From a virus: DNA of 64,000 nucleotides. The position numbers were made by a program, and so were the translations under genes. Below, piece by piece: positions 1 through 8,339 of this stretch. Each line of letters starts with the position of its first letter. Position 1 is the first letter of the stretch. The notes beneath the pieces are model-generated. The model did no database searches, had not been told where the DNA came from, and worked only from the letters and a program-made list of their open reading frames with translations. Location: the IMG/VR virus record IMGVR_UViG_3300045988_087184. One strand, written 5' to 3'.

Positions 1-27
1 GTTGATAATTGGAGGCGTAGCAAATAA

Positions 28-192
28 CTACGCCGGGTCTGGTCTAAAGCTGTACGTTAGAAGCCACTCACAATTTAAGGCACTTTGGAATTCCATTGCG
101 GCTCTCTCTCCCCATCCTTGTGGTTTGTACGCGTCTTCTTTCAAATACTTCTCTACAAGCTTCTCTAGCTGAGTCTTTTCTTCTGCTGTCAT
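28..192 (-). CDS. hypothetical small protein (54 aa)
   Basis: Track ORF 28..282 trimmed to the internal ATG at 192. That ATG is preceded by the conserved ATTAACCAAAA...ATTATG start context shared by neighbouring leftward genes. Confidence 0.5.
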   Translation of the reverse strand: MTAEEKTQLEKLVEKYLKEDAYKPQGWGERAAMEFQSALNCEWLLTYSFRPDPA

Positions 193-250
193 AATATATT
201 CTGTTTTGGTTAATAGCAGGCAGCACATTATCGTACTGCCAAGTTCTGGC

Positions 251-520
251 TCAGAGATTGTACAACGGACTTTCGGAAGCATTCAGGATAGAACTGCCGG
301 TGAGAATGGAGAATGCACAGGGATCAAAATCATCGAAATTCTTCATCCTCTCAATTTTCTGCCGTATCGCAGCACGTATCGACGGCATATTCCATCTGCC
401 GTCGATACGCATGACAGAATCCATGCCAACCATCTCTACGGTTTCTTCTTCATCCGTAAATCTCATGTTCACAAGGTCAAACTTGTTAATCTTGTGGTAA
501 AATTGTACCCATTTACTCAT
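251..520 (-). CDS. hypothetical protein (89 aa)
   Basis: Track ORF. Its start is preceded by GC hairpin 546-565 and an AACCAAAAATGTAGAATT box. Confidence 0.55.
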   Translation of the reverse strand: MSKWVQFYHKINKFDLVNMRFTDEEETVEMVGMDSVMRIDGRWNMPSIRAAIRQKIERMKNFDDFDPCAFSILTGSSILNASESPLYNL

Positions 521-595
521 AATTCTACATTTTTGGTTTGTAGGAGAGGGAGATGAAACTCCCTCATTTTTCAGGCTGTGTGATCAGCGTAAAAG

Positions 596-886
596 CTATG
601 AGGCCTGGTATAAGACGAGAAAATTCAAAAGCTTCCCGTACTCGAAATCTATATTCTCACGGCTGTCGTATACGCACAAATGTACAAAAATGTTGTCCTG
701 CATCTCGCCACCCTTCATAATAGCGGCATACGCCGTGACGTATTCCCCATTTGGACCGACGCTTACATTTATTGTCAAATACTCGTCACCGAACAAATCA
801 CGCTGCATCCCCTGCAATTTAGGCAGGATTACGTTACGCAGATAATTTCTCTTTTCTTCCCATTTAGTATTCTCTAGTTTCTTCAT
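596..886 (-). CDS. hypothetical protein (96 aa)
   Basis: Track ORF with the same CACCAAAAATTATAGATTATG start context. Confidence 0.55.
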   Translation of the reverse strand: MKKLENTKWEEKRNYLRNVILPKLQGMQRDLFGDEYLTINVSVGPNGEYVTAYAAIMKGGEMQDNIFVHLCVYDSRENIDFEYGKLLNFLVLYQAS

Positions 887-937
887 AATCTATAATTTTT
901 GGTGAATAGCATGCGTGACAATATCGCCACGCACATT

Positions 938-1246
938 TTAGCTCATGCACAGCACCGCTATCTCAGAGAAGCTCTTGGAGATAGCCTCCTTGCTACGATA
1001 ATCTCTGTAGCCCTTAGTATTGTTGTTGTGCCACTGGCGTGCAGCAATTTTAATTTTCTCCATCTCATGGAGCAACGCACGCTCAAAGTTTTTCTGTGAT
1101 TTTCTGTCTTGCATAATTCTTCCGTTTAAATGGTTTAACATAGTATGCCCAGGAAAATGCCTGAGCACATTTTTGGCTAGCCCTGCTCGTATTTGTTCAG
1201 CAGGAAAATCAGAATACAGCCGTCTCCGTTCATGAGCATCTGACAT
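938..1246 (-). CDS. hypothetical protein (102 aa)
   Basis: Track ORF. It overlaps the 3' end of the upstream gene by about 70 nt, so the start is uncertain. Confidence 0.4.
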   Translation of the reverse strand: MSDAHERRRLYSDFPAEQIRAGLAKNVLRHFPGHTMLNHLNGRIMQDRKSQKNFERALLHEMEKIKIAARQWHNNNTKGYRDYRSKEAISKSFSEIAVLCMS

Positions 1247-1515
1247 TTGTCCTCATCTGTAATGATGTGGGCGCAATTCTTTGCAAACATAGGAAACGGC
1301 TCATCCTCCATCTCGTCATGATATACAGCCAGGTATGTTCCCGGCAGCAGAGGACGTGAATCCTCAGGATCGCCGCCGAACTCATCGCACGCCTGTATAG
1401 GACATAGAACTCTTTGGATAGATGTGTGTGTACACATATCTTCCTCGCAGTCCATGCCCATCATGATATCAATTAACTCACACTTGCTTAATTCCTTTGT
1501 AATTGTCTTGTACAT
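1177..1515 (-). CDS. hypothetical acidic Cys-rich protein (~112 aa)
   Basis: Track ORF 1177..1629 trimmed to ATG 1515 (MYKTITKE), because hairpin 1542-1563 plus the ATTAACCAAAAAT box lie immediately upstream. Confidence 0.5.
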   Translation of the reverse strand: MYKTITKELSKCELIDIMMGMDCEEDMCTHTSIQRVLCPIQACDEFGGDPEDSRPLLPGTYLAVYHDEMEDEPFPMFAKNCAHIITDEDKCQMLMNGDGCILIFLLNKYEQG

Positions 1516-1655
1516 ATTCTCAATATTTTTGGTTAATAGAAGAGAGGAGCGGAAACTCCTCTCAGATTTGGCATAATTCAAAAATTTTGGTTTAAGAGGG
1601 GCAATGTTTTTTCGTTCCGTATTGGGCATGTGGCGCCATCACCACGCTAGATTAA

Positions 1656-1853
1656 TTACTTCTTAAGACCTACGTACATTATCGTACTCTCGGTGCGTGG
1701 ATTGTTACCAAGCTCTGAAATCTCATTAGCCTGGTTTATAACCGTCTTTCTCAGCATCACGTTTGCTCTGTGACAATTATACAGAGTAACAGATACTACA
1801 CACAATGCAACACACACTACGGCAAATAATGCCACGAAAATTCTCTGTTTCAT
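1656..1853 (-). CDS. small membrane protein (65 aa)
   Basis: N-terminal hydrophobic helix FVALFAVVCVALCVVSVTLY and the conserved start context. Confidence 0.55.
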   Translation of the reverse strand: MKQRIFVALFAVVCVALCVVSVTLYNCHRANVMLRKTVINQANEISELGNNPRTESTIMYVGLKK

Positions 1854-1874
1854 AATTCTGTAATTTAATTGGTT

Positions 1875-2245
1875 ATATTATCGTACTGCCTGGATTTCTC
1901 CAAGCAGAATTTAGCTAAATGTTTCCAAGCACAATTTTCGTACTTTCTAGATTTACGAAACTCCAGGCAGTATGAAATTCTCCAAGCGGAGTGTAGATCG
2001 CCACAGCTCGCGGAAATACCACTTGCCAATTATCGTACTGCTCCAGAATATTCCAAGCACAATTCCCCAAAATATTCCAAGCAGAATTACGATAATATTC
2101 GTACTTGCTAGCATAACAAATGCCGGCACACTCTGAATAAATCCCAGCACAATTATCGTACTTGAATAAATAATCTGTCTTGCTTTCATATCTATATTTT
2201 ATTGGTAATTGCTCCGTAGCCACGCACGACAATTATCGTACTGGC
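1875..2245. repeat. iteron-like array of two short motifs in an ORF-poor segment
   Basis: AATTATCGTACTG occurs at 1877, 2028, 2151 and 2231, with degenerate copies at 1933 and 2092 and an outlier at 227. TCCAAGC(A/G)(C/G)A(A/G)TT occurs at 1899, 1924, 1981, 2052 and 2076. Only mutually overlapping track ORFs cover the segment. Confidence 0.7.
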
Positions 2246-2253
2246 TACGGATT

Positions 2254-2382
2254 TTAGGCTAGGAAGAGACTGAGAATATCATTTTTCCATGAGATAAACT
2301 CCACACGGGCGTATATGGTTTGCCTGTCGGCAATGATACGCTCCATCATTCTCTGTCCCCTGCAATCGAAATTGTATATCAT
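2254..2382 (-). CDS. hypothetical small protein (42 aa)
   Basis: Hand-translated ORF below the track cutoff. Its ATG follows hairpin 2409-2424 and an AACCAAAATTATTAGAATT box. Confidence 0.35.
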   Translation of the reverse strand: MIYNFDCRGQRMMERIIADRQTIYARVEFISWKNDILSLFLA

Positions 2383-2436
2383 AATTCTAATAATTTTGGT
2401 TATTCGTTCCCTACAAGCGTAGGGATTTTTTAGGCG

Positions 2437-2616
2437 TTAAAACCATCTGTCACGAATATACAGAATGGTATTCTTAATCACTCCCATGTAAGGCTCTCTT
2501 GCATCGAAGCACATGTTAGCAAACTCAGCACGGGTAATCCAACCCATGTTGTACTGATTAACTGCGTTGTCCAACTCTGAGCGCATAGCCCACAAATTTA
2601 CATTAATTCCGTTCAT
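2437..2616 (-). CDS. hypothetical small protein (59 aa)
   Basis: Hand-translated ORF (MNGINVNLWAMRSELD...). Its ATG follows hairpin 2651-2668 and a TTTTAGATTATG context. Confidence 0.4.
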   Translation of the reverse strand: MNGINVNLWAMRSELDNAVNQYNMGWITRAEFANMCFDAREPYMGVIKNTILYIRDRWF

Positions 2617-3348
2617 AATCTAAAATATTTAAATGGTTGATAATTGTAGAGCGGTGAGTAATCACCGCCCCGTTAGCCAGGATGTGCATCTTTGCACCAC
2701 GTTTTATCATTATTGTCTTAACTACGTGGCTCACACCCTACAGATTTTATGCTTCTGCCAGCAGCTTGTTTATTTCTGAGGAGATAAATCTCGCACGGAT
2801 GACAAGCAACCGATTCCAGAAAGTGTGTTTTATATTCGCCAGCCCACACTTTAAAAACTCTGGGCGAATATGATGTGTAGGAAAATCCCTACAACGGAAA
2901 CCACTCCACGTGCCATCCAACACGCAGCCTTTCAGGATATCTCGTATCCCTTAACCCGCAGCCAACGGGATAGAATATGAATTATGATTTCTTTCTAAAA
3001 CTCTCATCTCGCTAGATGATACAAATTCCCTAGCCGTCGTGCCGTCTCATCTCATTCGACGCTCACGCCAGGAATTTTTGCGTATCTCTCGGATGGATGT
3101 CTCTGAGTAACACGTTACTCTCTCCCATCTCGGTGTGCCTCTCGCACTCTCGATTTGCCGAGATACTTCTCTTGAATTTTGGCAATTAGTCCCCTGAGGG
3201 AGAATAAATTCTCTCTCTAAGGTTAAGCCCACACACCACGACAAGGTTTCCAAAATCGTGTGGGAAAAATAAGGATACAGTGACCCGCTCCAAGTTGAAA
3301 AACCTGGAGTAAAATTTCCCACTGGCTACCGGTCAGATAGTCAGCGGG

Positions 3349-3387
3349 AAAATAGATAGCTAGACCTTTTTTCTAGCTACCTATTTT
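3349..3387. terminator. bidirectional stem-loop terminator
   Basis: The arms AAAATAGATAGCTAG and CTAGCTACCTATTTT pair at 14 of 15 positions around a 9-nt loop. The element lies directly after the stop of gene 3395..3922. Confidence 0.6.
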
Positions 3388-3394
3388 GTGTTAC

Positions 3395-3922
3395 TTACTT
3401 TTGCGCTGCTGCTAACTTTGCTTGCAACTCTGCAATTTGTTTCTGCAAATCAGAGATAGACTCCGTCTTCTTCTTTGCTACCTTTGCGCCGTCCGTAAAT
3501 TTGTGGTGCAAATCTGATAACTTACTACCTAAACGCTGCAAACTATCAATAATGCTAGTTTGCTTGTCTTTGCCGTTGTCATCAAACCACGAAAAGAAAT
3601 TCGGTAAATTGTGGTTTCGTGAAAACTCGCTAACCGCAGTGCGTACGCACTCAGTTTGCAAATTGCAGTACGAACTATCAGATAGCACATAATTTGTTGC
3701 TAACTTGTTGTACTTTGCACGTGCATTCTCAAGTTCTTTCTTTGCATTTACTAGCTCATTGTCTGTAGCTTCTGCAAGTAATTTCTTGCGATAGCTATTT
3801 AATACGTCTAGACTCTGTGCTAAAACCGCACTTTTCTTGCACTCGTTAACATACGTTGCAACCTTTGTGCTCGTGTGGTCGTAGCCCTGTGCACCTTTGG
3901 TTTCTAAATCTTCTTTCTTCAT
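3395..3922 (-). CDS. coiled-coil protein (175 aa), function unknown
   Basis: Track ORF with heptad-like K/E/A/L-rich sequence and a clean terminator downstream. Confidence 0.6.
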   Translation of the reverse strand: MKKEDLETKGAQGYDHTSTKVATYVNECKKSAVLAQSLDVLNSYRKKLLAEATDNELVNAKKELENARAKYNKLATNYVLSDSSYCNLQTECVRTAVSEFSRNHNLPNFFSWFDDNGKDKQTSIIDSLQRLGSKLSDLHHKFTDGAKVAKKKTESISDLQKQIAELQAKLAAAQK

Positions 3923-4801
3923 AACGTAATTCTGTTTAAATGTTACTTAATCTAAAAATACTTTGTGGTGTGCTAGAAAAGCACTACCTTTGCAAAGTCC
4001 TATCTTCATAACATAGGACTCTGTTTAAAAATTAGATAGTTATTGCTTGCGATAAGTAGTAACTATCTTTCTTTTTATCTACTGCAAAGGTACGAAATTT
4101 TTCCGATATAGCCAAATTTATTATGTTAAATCTTAGCTTTCTAAAGTGCTATAAAGTATTGATAATCAGTATTTTGTAACTTTAACATATCGTATTAAAG
4201 TAAAATATATGTAGCTTTTAGCTTTATATATGTAATTATAGCTATATTATATGTTAAATTTTTAACATATAACCAGTTAGAAAATATGTAAGTTTTTATT
4301 GAGTCAAGTAATATGTAATAATCTTTTGTGTTCCACGACGTATATTTATGCAAAAAGAATGAATTAAAATACGTTGTAAGTGGTTGATATTCAAATGGTT
4401 ATAATAATTTAGTTTATAACATAAACCAACATTCTTAAAAAGTGTTAAAATTGATGTTTCACGTTCGTTTATACTATATAAACCAACGGATAATGTAATA
4501 TATTTTGAACGTACACCCCCACACCCCCTTTGCAGCCCCAAATCAGCGTGGTAGTCACCTCTTCTAAAAATTTTTTCTTCCGATTTTTCAGCATTCTTGT
4601 AAAGTAAACTTACTTCGTCTTCAGAAAATATATTTATGCATATTCATACAATGATGTATTTTTAACATTTGGCAACATTAACTCCCATATTGGTGAGCAA
4701 AACCATAAATGTATATCTATTATTCATCAAATGTACTCCTATAATGTATATTTATATCCTTTATTTACTATGGTTATGGGATATATTCATGATATTTTTC
4801 G

Positions 4802-4809
4802 TATCTTTG
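4802..4809 (+). promoter_or_regulatory. candidate -7 box (TATCTTTG) upstream of the primase gene
   Basis: Matches Bacteroidota TAnnTTTG about 130 nt upstream of ATG 4940. No good -33 TTTG is present. Confidence 0.35.
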
Positions 4810-4939
4810 TATTGTCGTATTATTATAGAGTCGACTTGTTGTAAGGGTTATCAGAGACGTGTATATCTTTCTGAAAGCCCCTGTTTATCGGGGTTAACCC
4901 TACACAATGACGGAAAATTAATGTTATTATTGTGCATAA

Positions 4940-6499
4940 ATGGAAAATGGTATAGCTATAGATACGTTACACGCCCAGCTTCTGGAGCTTTCGAGGCGTG
5001 AAGAGTACGGCTTCGACATGCTGAGGTGCCAGGACTGGGGCAAGGCGAATTCGGAGAAGTACAACAAGATGAAGTCTTTCTTCATTAGGTCGATGAGGAT
5101 GCTTGCGAAGAAGGCTCCGGTGAAGTACTACAACGGTGCTTACTATATGTTCAACGGAAAGATATACGAGGCGGTTCCGAAGATAGTCCTGGAGCAGGCT
5201 TACCAGCTGCTGCTTCTCGACCTGGCCATGGCTCCTATGCTCGGCATCAGCACGGTGATGAACAAGTCTTTCATTGACGTGATAGAGTGCTACAACATAC
5301 TGAGGCCTACATTCGACATCGTTGCATTCGCCAACGGAGTGGTTGACTTCGGAAGCGGATTGCAGTATCCGAGGGTAATGCCATTCTCTCCCGAGTACCA
5401 CGTCACGTACTACCATCCCTACGACTACAATCCGAAGGCAAGGTGCGACAGGTGGCTGAACTTCATTCACGAGGTTCTTCCTGACAGTACGTCAAGGATG
5501 GTTCTTCAGATGTTCCTCGGCCTTGGACTGACACAGAGAGGTACGGCGTACAACCCCTACGAGGGAAGGAAGTCATCGAAGATCGAGCTGTGCCTCCTTC
5601 TGGTGGGAACGGGAGCAAACGGAAAGAGCGTCATCTTCGACGTTGCCTGCAATATATTCGGTAAGGACAGGATAAGCAAGATGGACTACGCAGACCTCAC
5701 TGCCGACGGAGACGAGGGAATGAGGGGAAGGTATCCTATCAGGAACGCCATCTTCAACTGGTCTTCCGATTCAGATCCGAAGAAGTTCGGAAAGAAGAAT
5801 ACGGGTATGTTCAAGAGGCTCGTGAGCGGTGAGCCTGTACCGATGAGAAAGCTGGGCAGGGATATTCTTGAAGGAAACTCAATCCCCTACCTCATCTTCA
5901 GTCTCAACGAATCCCCGAACGCTGAAGACGCATCACTCGGTTTCGTCAGGCGCCTCCAGTACATCAACTTCGACGTGACCATCTCCAAGGACAGGCAGGA
6001 TCCGGAGCTTGCGAGCAAGATTATCCGTGAGGAGCTGAGCGGAGTGTTCAACTGGATATTCCGTGGCGCGATGGAGCTGAGGAAGAGAAAGTACCGCTTC
6101 CCTGATACCAGCGGAGGCCTCAGGCAGAAGATCATCTCGCTTCTCGACAAGCATCCTATCGGTGCGTGGATAATGGCCTACAGCATGAGGAGCAGCCCAG
6201 AGGCGAAAAACGAGATTTCATCGTGGATGCTCTCGAAGGACCTGTATGAGAGATTCGCCGAGTTCTGTAGGCTTAACGATATCGACGAAAGGGACATCCC
6301 TAGCATACAGAAGTTCGGAAGGGACATGTGGGACCAGTACGGATTCTTCAAGAAGAGAACTCAGGAAGGCAATATGTATCAGGTGTACGGCGCCCTGATG
6401 GATGACCTGAAGGAGAAGGTGCTCATCAACGACATCAAGTCTCCTGTCGGTGAGGAGGACGCCAAGCAGCCGGAGAGCTTCATTCAGCCTGATGATTAA
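4940..6499 (+). CDS. DNA primase/helicase, P4/D5 family (SF3 NTPase)
   Basis: 519 aa with Walker A LLVGTGANGKS. The overall pattern is typical of the phage/plasmid primase P4-family C-terminal domain. Confidence 0.8.
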   Translation: MENGIAIDTLHAQLLELSRREEYGFDMLRCQDWGKANSEKYNKMKSFFIRSMRMLAKKAPVKYYNGAYYMFNGKIYEAVPKIVLEQAYQLLLLDLAMAPMLGISTVMNKSFIDVIECYNILRPTFDIVAFANGVVDFGSGLQYPRVMPFSPEYHVTYYHPYDYNPKARCDRWLNFIHEVLPDSTSRMVLQMFLGLGLTQRGTAYNPYEGRKSSKIELCLLLVGTGANGKSVIFDVACNIFGKDRISKMDYADLTADGDEGMRGRYPIRNAIFNWSSDSDPKKFGKKNTGMFKRLVSGEPVPMRKLGRDILEGNSIPYLIFSLNESPNAEDASLGFVRRLQYINFDVTISKDRQDPELASKIIREELSGVFNWIFRGAMELRKRKYRFPDTSGGLRQKIISLLDKHPIGAWIMAYSMRSSPEAKNEISSWMLSKDLYERFAEFCRLNDIDERDIPSIQKFGRDMWDQYGFFKKRTQEGNMYQVYGALMDDLKEKVLINDIKSPVGEEDAKQPESFIQPDD

Positions 6500-6506
6500 C
6501 GATACC

Positions 6507-6593
6507 GGTGGCCGTAGGGCGGTGGGACATGCCTTCGGGCATAAGTCCGGGCAGACGGGAGGTTCGAGTCCCTCCCACGGTCGGCGGCCACCA
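6507..6593 (+). ncRNA. GC-rich tRNA-like or cloverleaf element (not a canonical tRNA)
   Basis: An 8-bp terminal helix (GGTGGCCG/CGGCCACC) is followed by an unpaired A. Inside are a UUCG-capped hairpin (6529-6542) and a GGTTCGAGTCC T-loop-like hairpin. No 7-nt anticodon loop can be drawn. Confidence 0.35.
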
Positions 6594-6608
6594 TTAAAAC
6601 AGATTTCT

Positions 6609-6815
6609 ATGATAGACAAGGAATATATCAAGGAGATTATCTCCTGTATCACGAAGAAGAAGGCTGACGGGAATATTGTTCCGGCCACCGCTTCGATGAG
6701 CGAGATTATGACTGCTGTCCGCGAGGATGCCCTGGAATGCATGAGGACCATGTGCAACGAGAGTGAGATTGCGGTGAACAGAACGTTGAACAGTGTTTCA
6801 TTCAAGTGCCTATGA
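6609..6815 (+). CDS. hypothetical protein (68 aa)
   Basis: Track ORF 6450..6815 trimmed to ATG 6609, because the upstream part runs through the structured element. Confidence 0.5.
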   Translation: MIDKEYIKEIISCITKKKADGNIVPATASMSEIMTAVREDALECMRTMCNESEIAVNRTLNSVSFKCL

Positions 6816-7030
6816 GAAGACATCACAATCCTAATAAAGTACCTCCGTTTAAGCCGGACCCTGAGCATTGGACTAAGAAGGTTCATTCCTGGAAGGCGAA
6901 GGTCGCATACGAGACTGAGGATGATGCTTGGGAGTTCCTGAATCAGAATCCGAAGTTAAAGGCACTTGGTTGGCATCCTTACTTATGCAAGGTTTGTTCA
7001 AAGTGGCATATTAGTAGATTACATAATTAA
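6806..7030 (+). CDS. hypothetical protein (74 aa) with C-terminal CxxC
   Basis: Track ORF that overlaps its neighbours by a few nt (coupled). Confidence 0.5.
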   Translation: MPMRRHHNPNKVPPFKPDPEHWTKKVHSWKAKVAYETEDDAWEFLNQNPKLKALGWHPYLCKVCSKWHISRLHN

Positions 7031-7422
7031 TGATTATGAAAAAAGAAGATAGACTTAAAATATATCGCAAATACGATGGGCATTGTGCTTATTGCGGCAA
7101 GAGCATAGAGTATAAGGATATGCAGGTTGACCATCTTGTTCCGAAGAATCGAGGTTGTTACTCTCGGTGGAGCAACAAGGAGGGAAAGTTTGTCGTATCC
7201 CATGGCGATGATTGCATGGAGAACTATATGCCATCTTGCAGGTCTTGCAATCTTCGTAAGCGTGATATGAGTTTGGAACAATTTCGCTCAGAGATTACAA
7301 GACAGGCGAAAGGTCTGCTTAATGGCAAAGCTTCTTTTCAGGTAAAGATGTCGCTAGCTTATGGTTTAATTGAAGAGCACTTTGATAGACCTATTGAGTT
7401 CTATTTCGAGAAATTTAAATAG
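7030..7422 (+). CDS. HNH endonuclease
   Basis: CAYCG...DHLVPK...CRSCNLRK motif set in 130 aa. Confidence 0.8.
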   Translation: MIMKKEDRLKIYRKYDGHCAYCGKSIEYKDMQVDHLVPKNRGCYSRWSNKEGKFVVSHGDDCMENYMPSCRSCNLRKRDMSLEQFRSEITRQAKGLLNGKASFQVKMSLAYGLIEEHFDRPIEFYFEKFK

Positions 7423-7430
7423 TTGAGAAT

Positions 7431-7823
7431 ATGAAGAAGAAAGGATATTACGAATACGAAAACGGAATCTACCCTTTGAAACTTTGGGTACACATCGGTA
7501 AAGACTTGAAAGAACTGATAGATTCCTGCTTTGACGGGTGTGAGGCTCCAGATAGGGACTACGGCGGCGTTACGTATGATAATGCCGTAAGAAAGAAAGA
7601 TAAGCGTCGAGGTGTTCTCGTCTCTTATATGTGCTCGAAGGATATGTCGATGGATTATTGCTGCCATGAAGCTTCTCACGCCTGCGATGCCATCGAGGAT
7701 GCTATTGGTATGGAACACGGAGGCGAGCCTTCTGCTTACTTGATAGGTTGGATTGCGTCTTGCATCAACAAGGCTCGTTTGGGCATTGGAGATTTCGTTG
7801 AACTAAAAGATAAGGAGGAATAG
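7431..7823 (+). CDS. hypothetical protein with HExxH motif
   Basis: 130 aa containing CCHEASHACD. A metallopeptidase-like motif alone does not establish the function. Confidence 0.5.
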   Translation: MKKKGYYEYENGIYPLKLWVHIGKDLKELIDSCFDGCEAPDRDYGGVTYDNAVRKKDKRRGVLVSYMCSKDMSMDYCCHEASHACDAIEDAIGMEHGGEPSAYLIGWIASCINKARLGIGDFVELKDKEE

Positions 7824-7826
7824 CTT

Positions 7827-8339
7827 ATGATTAAGAAAGAAGATATTAAGGTTGGGCTGCGATTTTACATCACACGAAAGGATTGCTTAAAATGCAATTT
7901 TGACCCGATAGGTATTCAAGGCGGCAGCACCCCTATTCTGTTCAATGCTGAGAAAAAGGATGCTGATGTTTATATATGTACATCTGTTAGCACAGATTAC
8001 AAGTATTTCGCTCGTTTTCGCGAGGAAGATATTATGATGTTTGGTACAAAGTTCGATATAGTAACGAAAGGTGAAGGAGAAGCCGCAAACGGAAAGGCAG
8101 AGCAAGTATCTCACCCATCCCATTACGCGTGGTTGAAAGATTTGTGCGGTGTTGAACCCTTGGATATTTGCAGACACCTTGACTTCAATACAGGGAACGC
8201 TATCAAGTATCTCTTGCGCAAGGATAAGGTGGATGGCAACAAGACCAAGACTGAGAAGCGCATCGAGGACTTGCGTAAGGCAATTTTTTATATTAATGAC
8301 GAAATAAATAAATTAAATGGAAGAAATATGGAAAAATAG
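7827..8339 (+). CDS. DUF3310-like protein
   Basis: The C-terminal HPSHY...GNAIKYLLRKDK...EDLRKAIFY pattern is typical of DUF3310. Confidence 0.6.
   Translation: MIKKEDIKVGLRFYITRKDCLKCNFDPIGIQGGSTPILFNAEKKDADVYICTSVSTDYKYFARFREEDIMMFGTKFDIVTKGEGEAANGKAEQVSHPSHYAWLKDLCGVEPLDICRHLDFNTGNAIKYLLRKDKVDGNKTKTEKRIEDLRKAIFYINDEINKLNGRNMEK

Noticed and set aside
1869-2232. Three overlapping ORFs (1869..2111 +, 1915..2232 -, 1953..2189 -) in the repeat array.
   Set aside because: They overlap one another on both strands. Their periodic sequence is a by-product of the DNA repeats, and none has a plausible start context.
3047-3322. 91-aa ORF on the minus strand in the ORF-poor block.
   Set aside because: It has no conserved start context and an unusual composition, and it spans several strong helices. 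I kept the region only as a candidate structured RNA.
4967-5470. Long antisense or overlapping track ORFs inside recognisable genes, for example 4967..5470, 6218..6886, 13235..14101, 17173..17847, 18474..19244, 19638..20162, 27067..27639 and 54767..55666.
   Set aside because: Each lies opposite or out of frame to a gene with clear family motifs or module context. They have odd, low-complexity composition and lack the conserved start contexts. I treat them as shadow ORFs.
6450-6608. N-terminal extension of track ORF 6450..6815.
   Set aside because: It overlaps the primase 3' end, reads straight through the GC-rich tRNA-like element and gives an Arg/Gly/Ser-rich peptide. The start was moved to ATG 6609.
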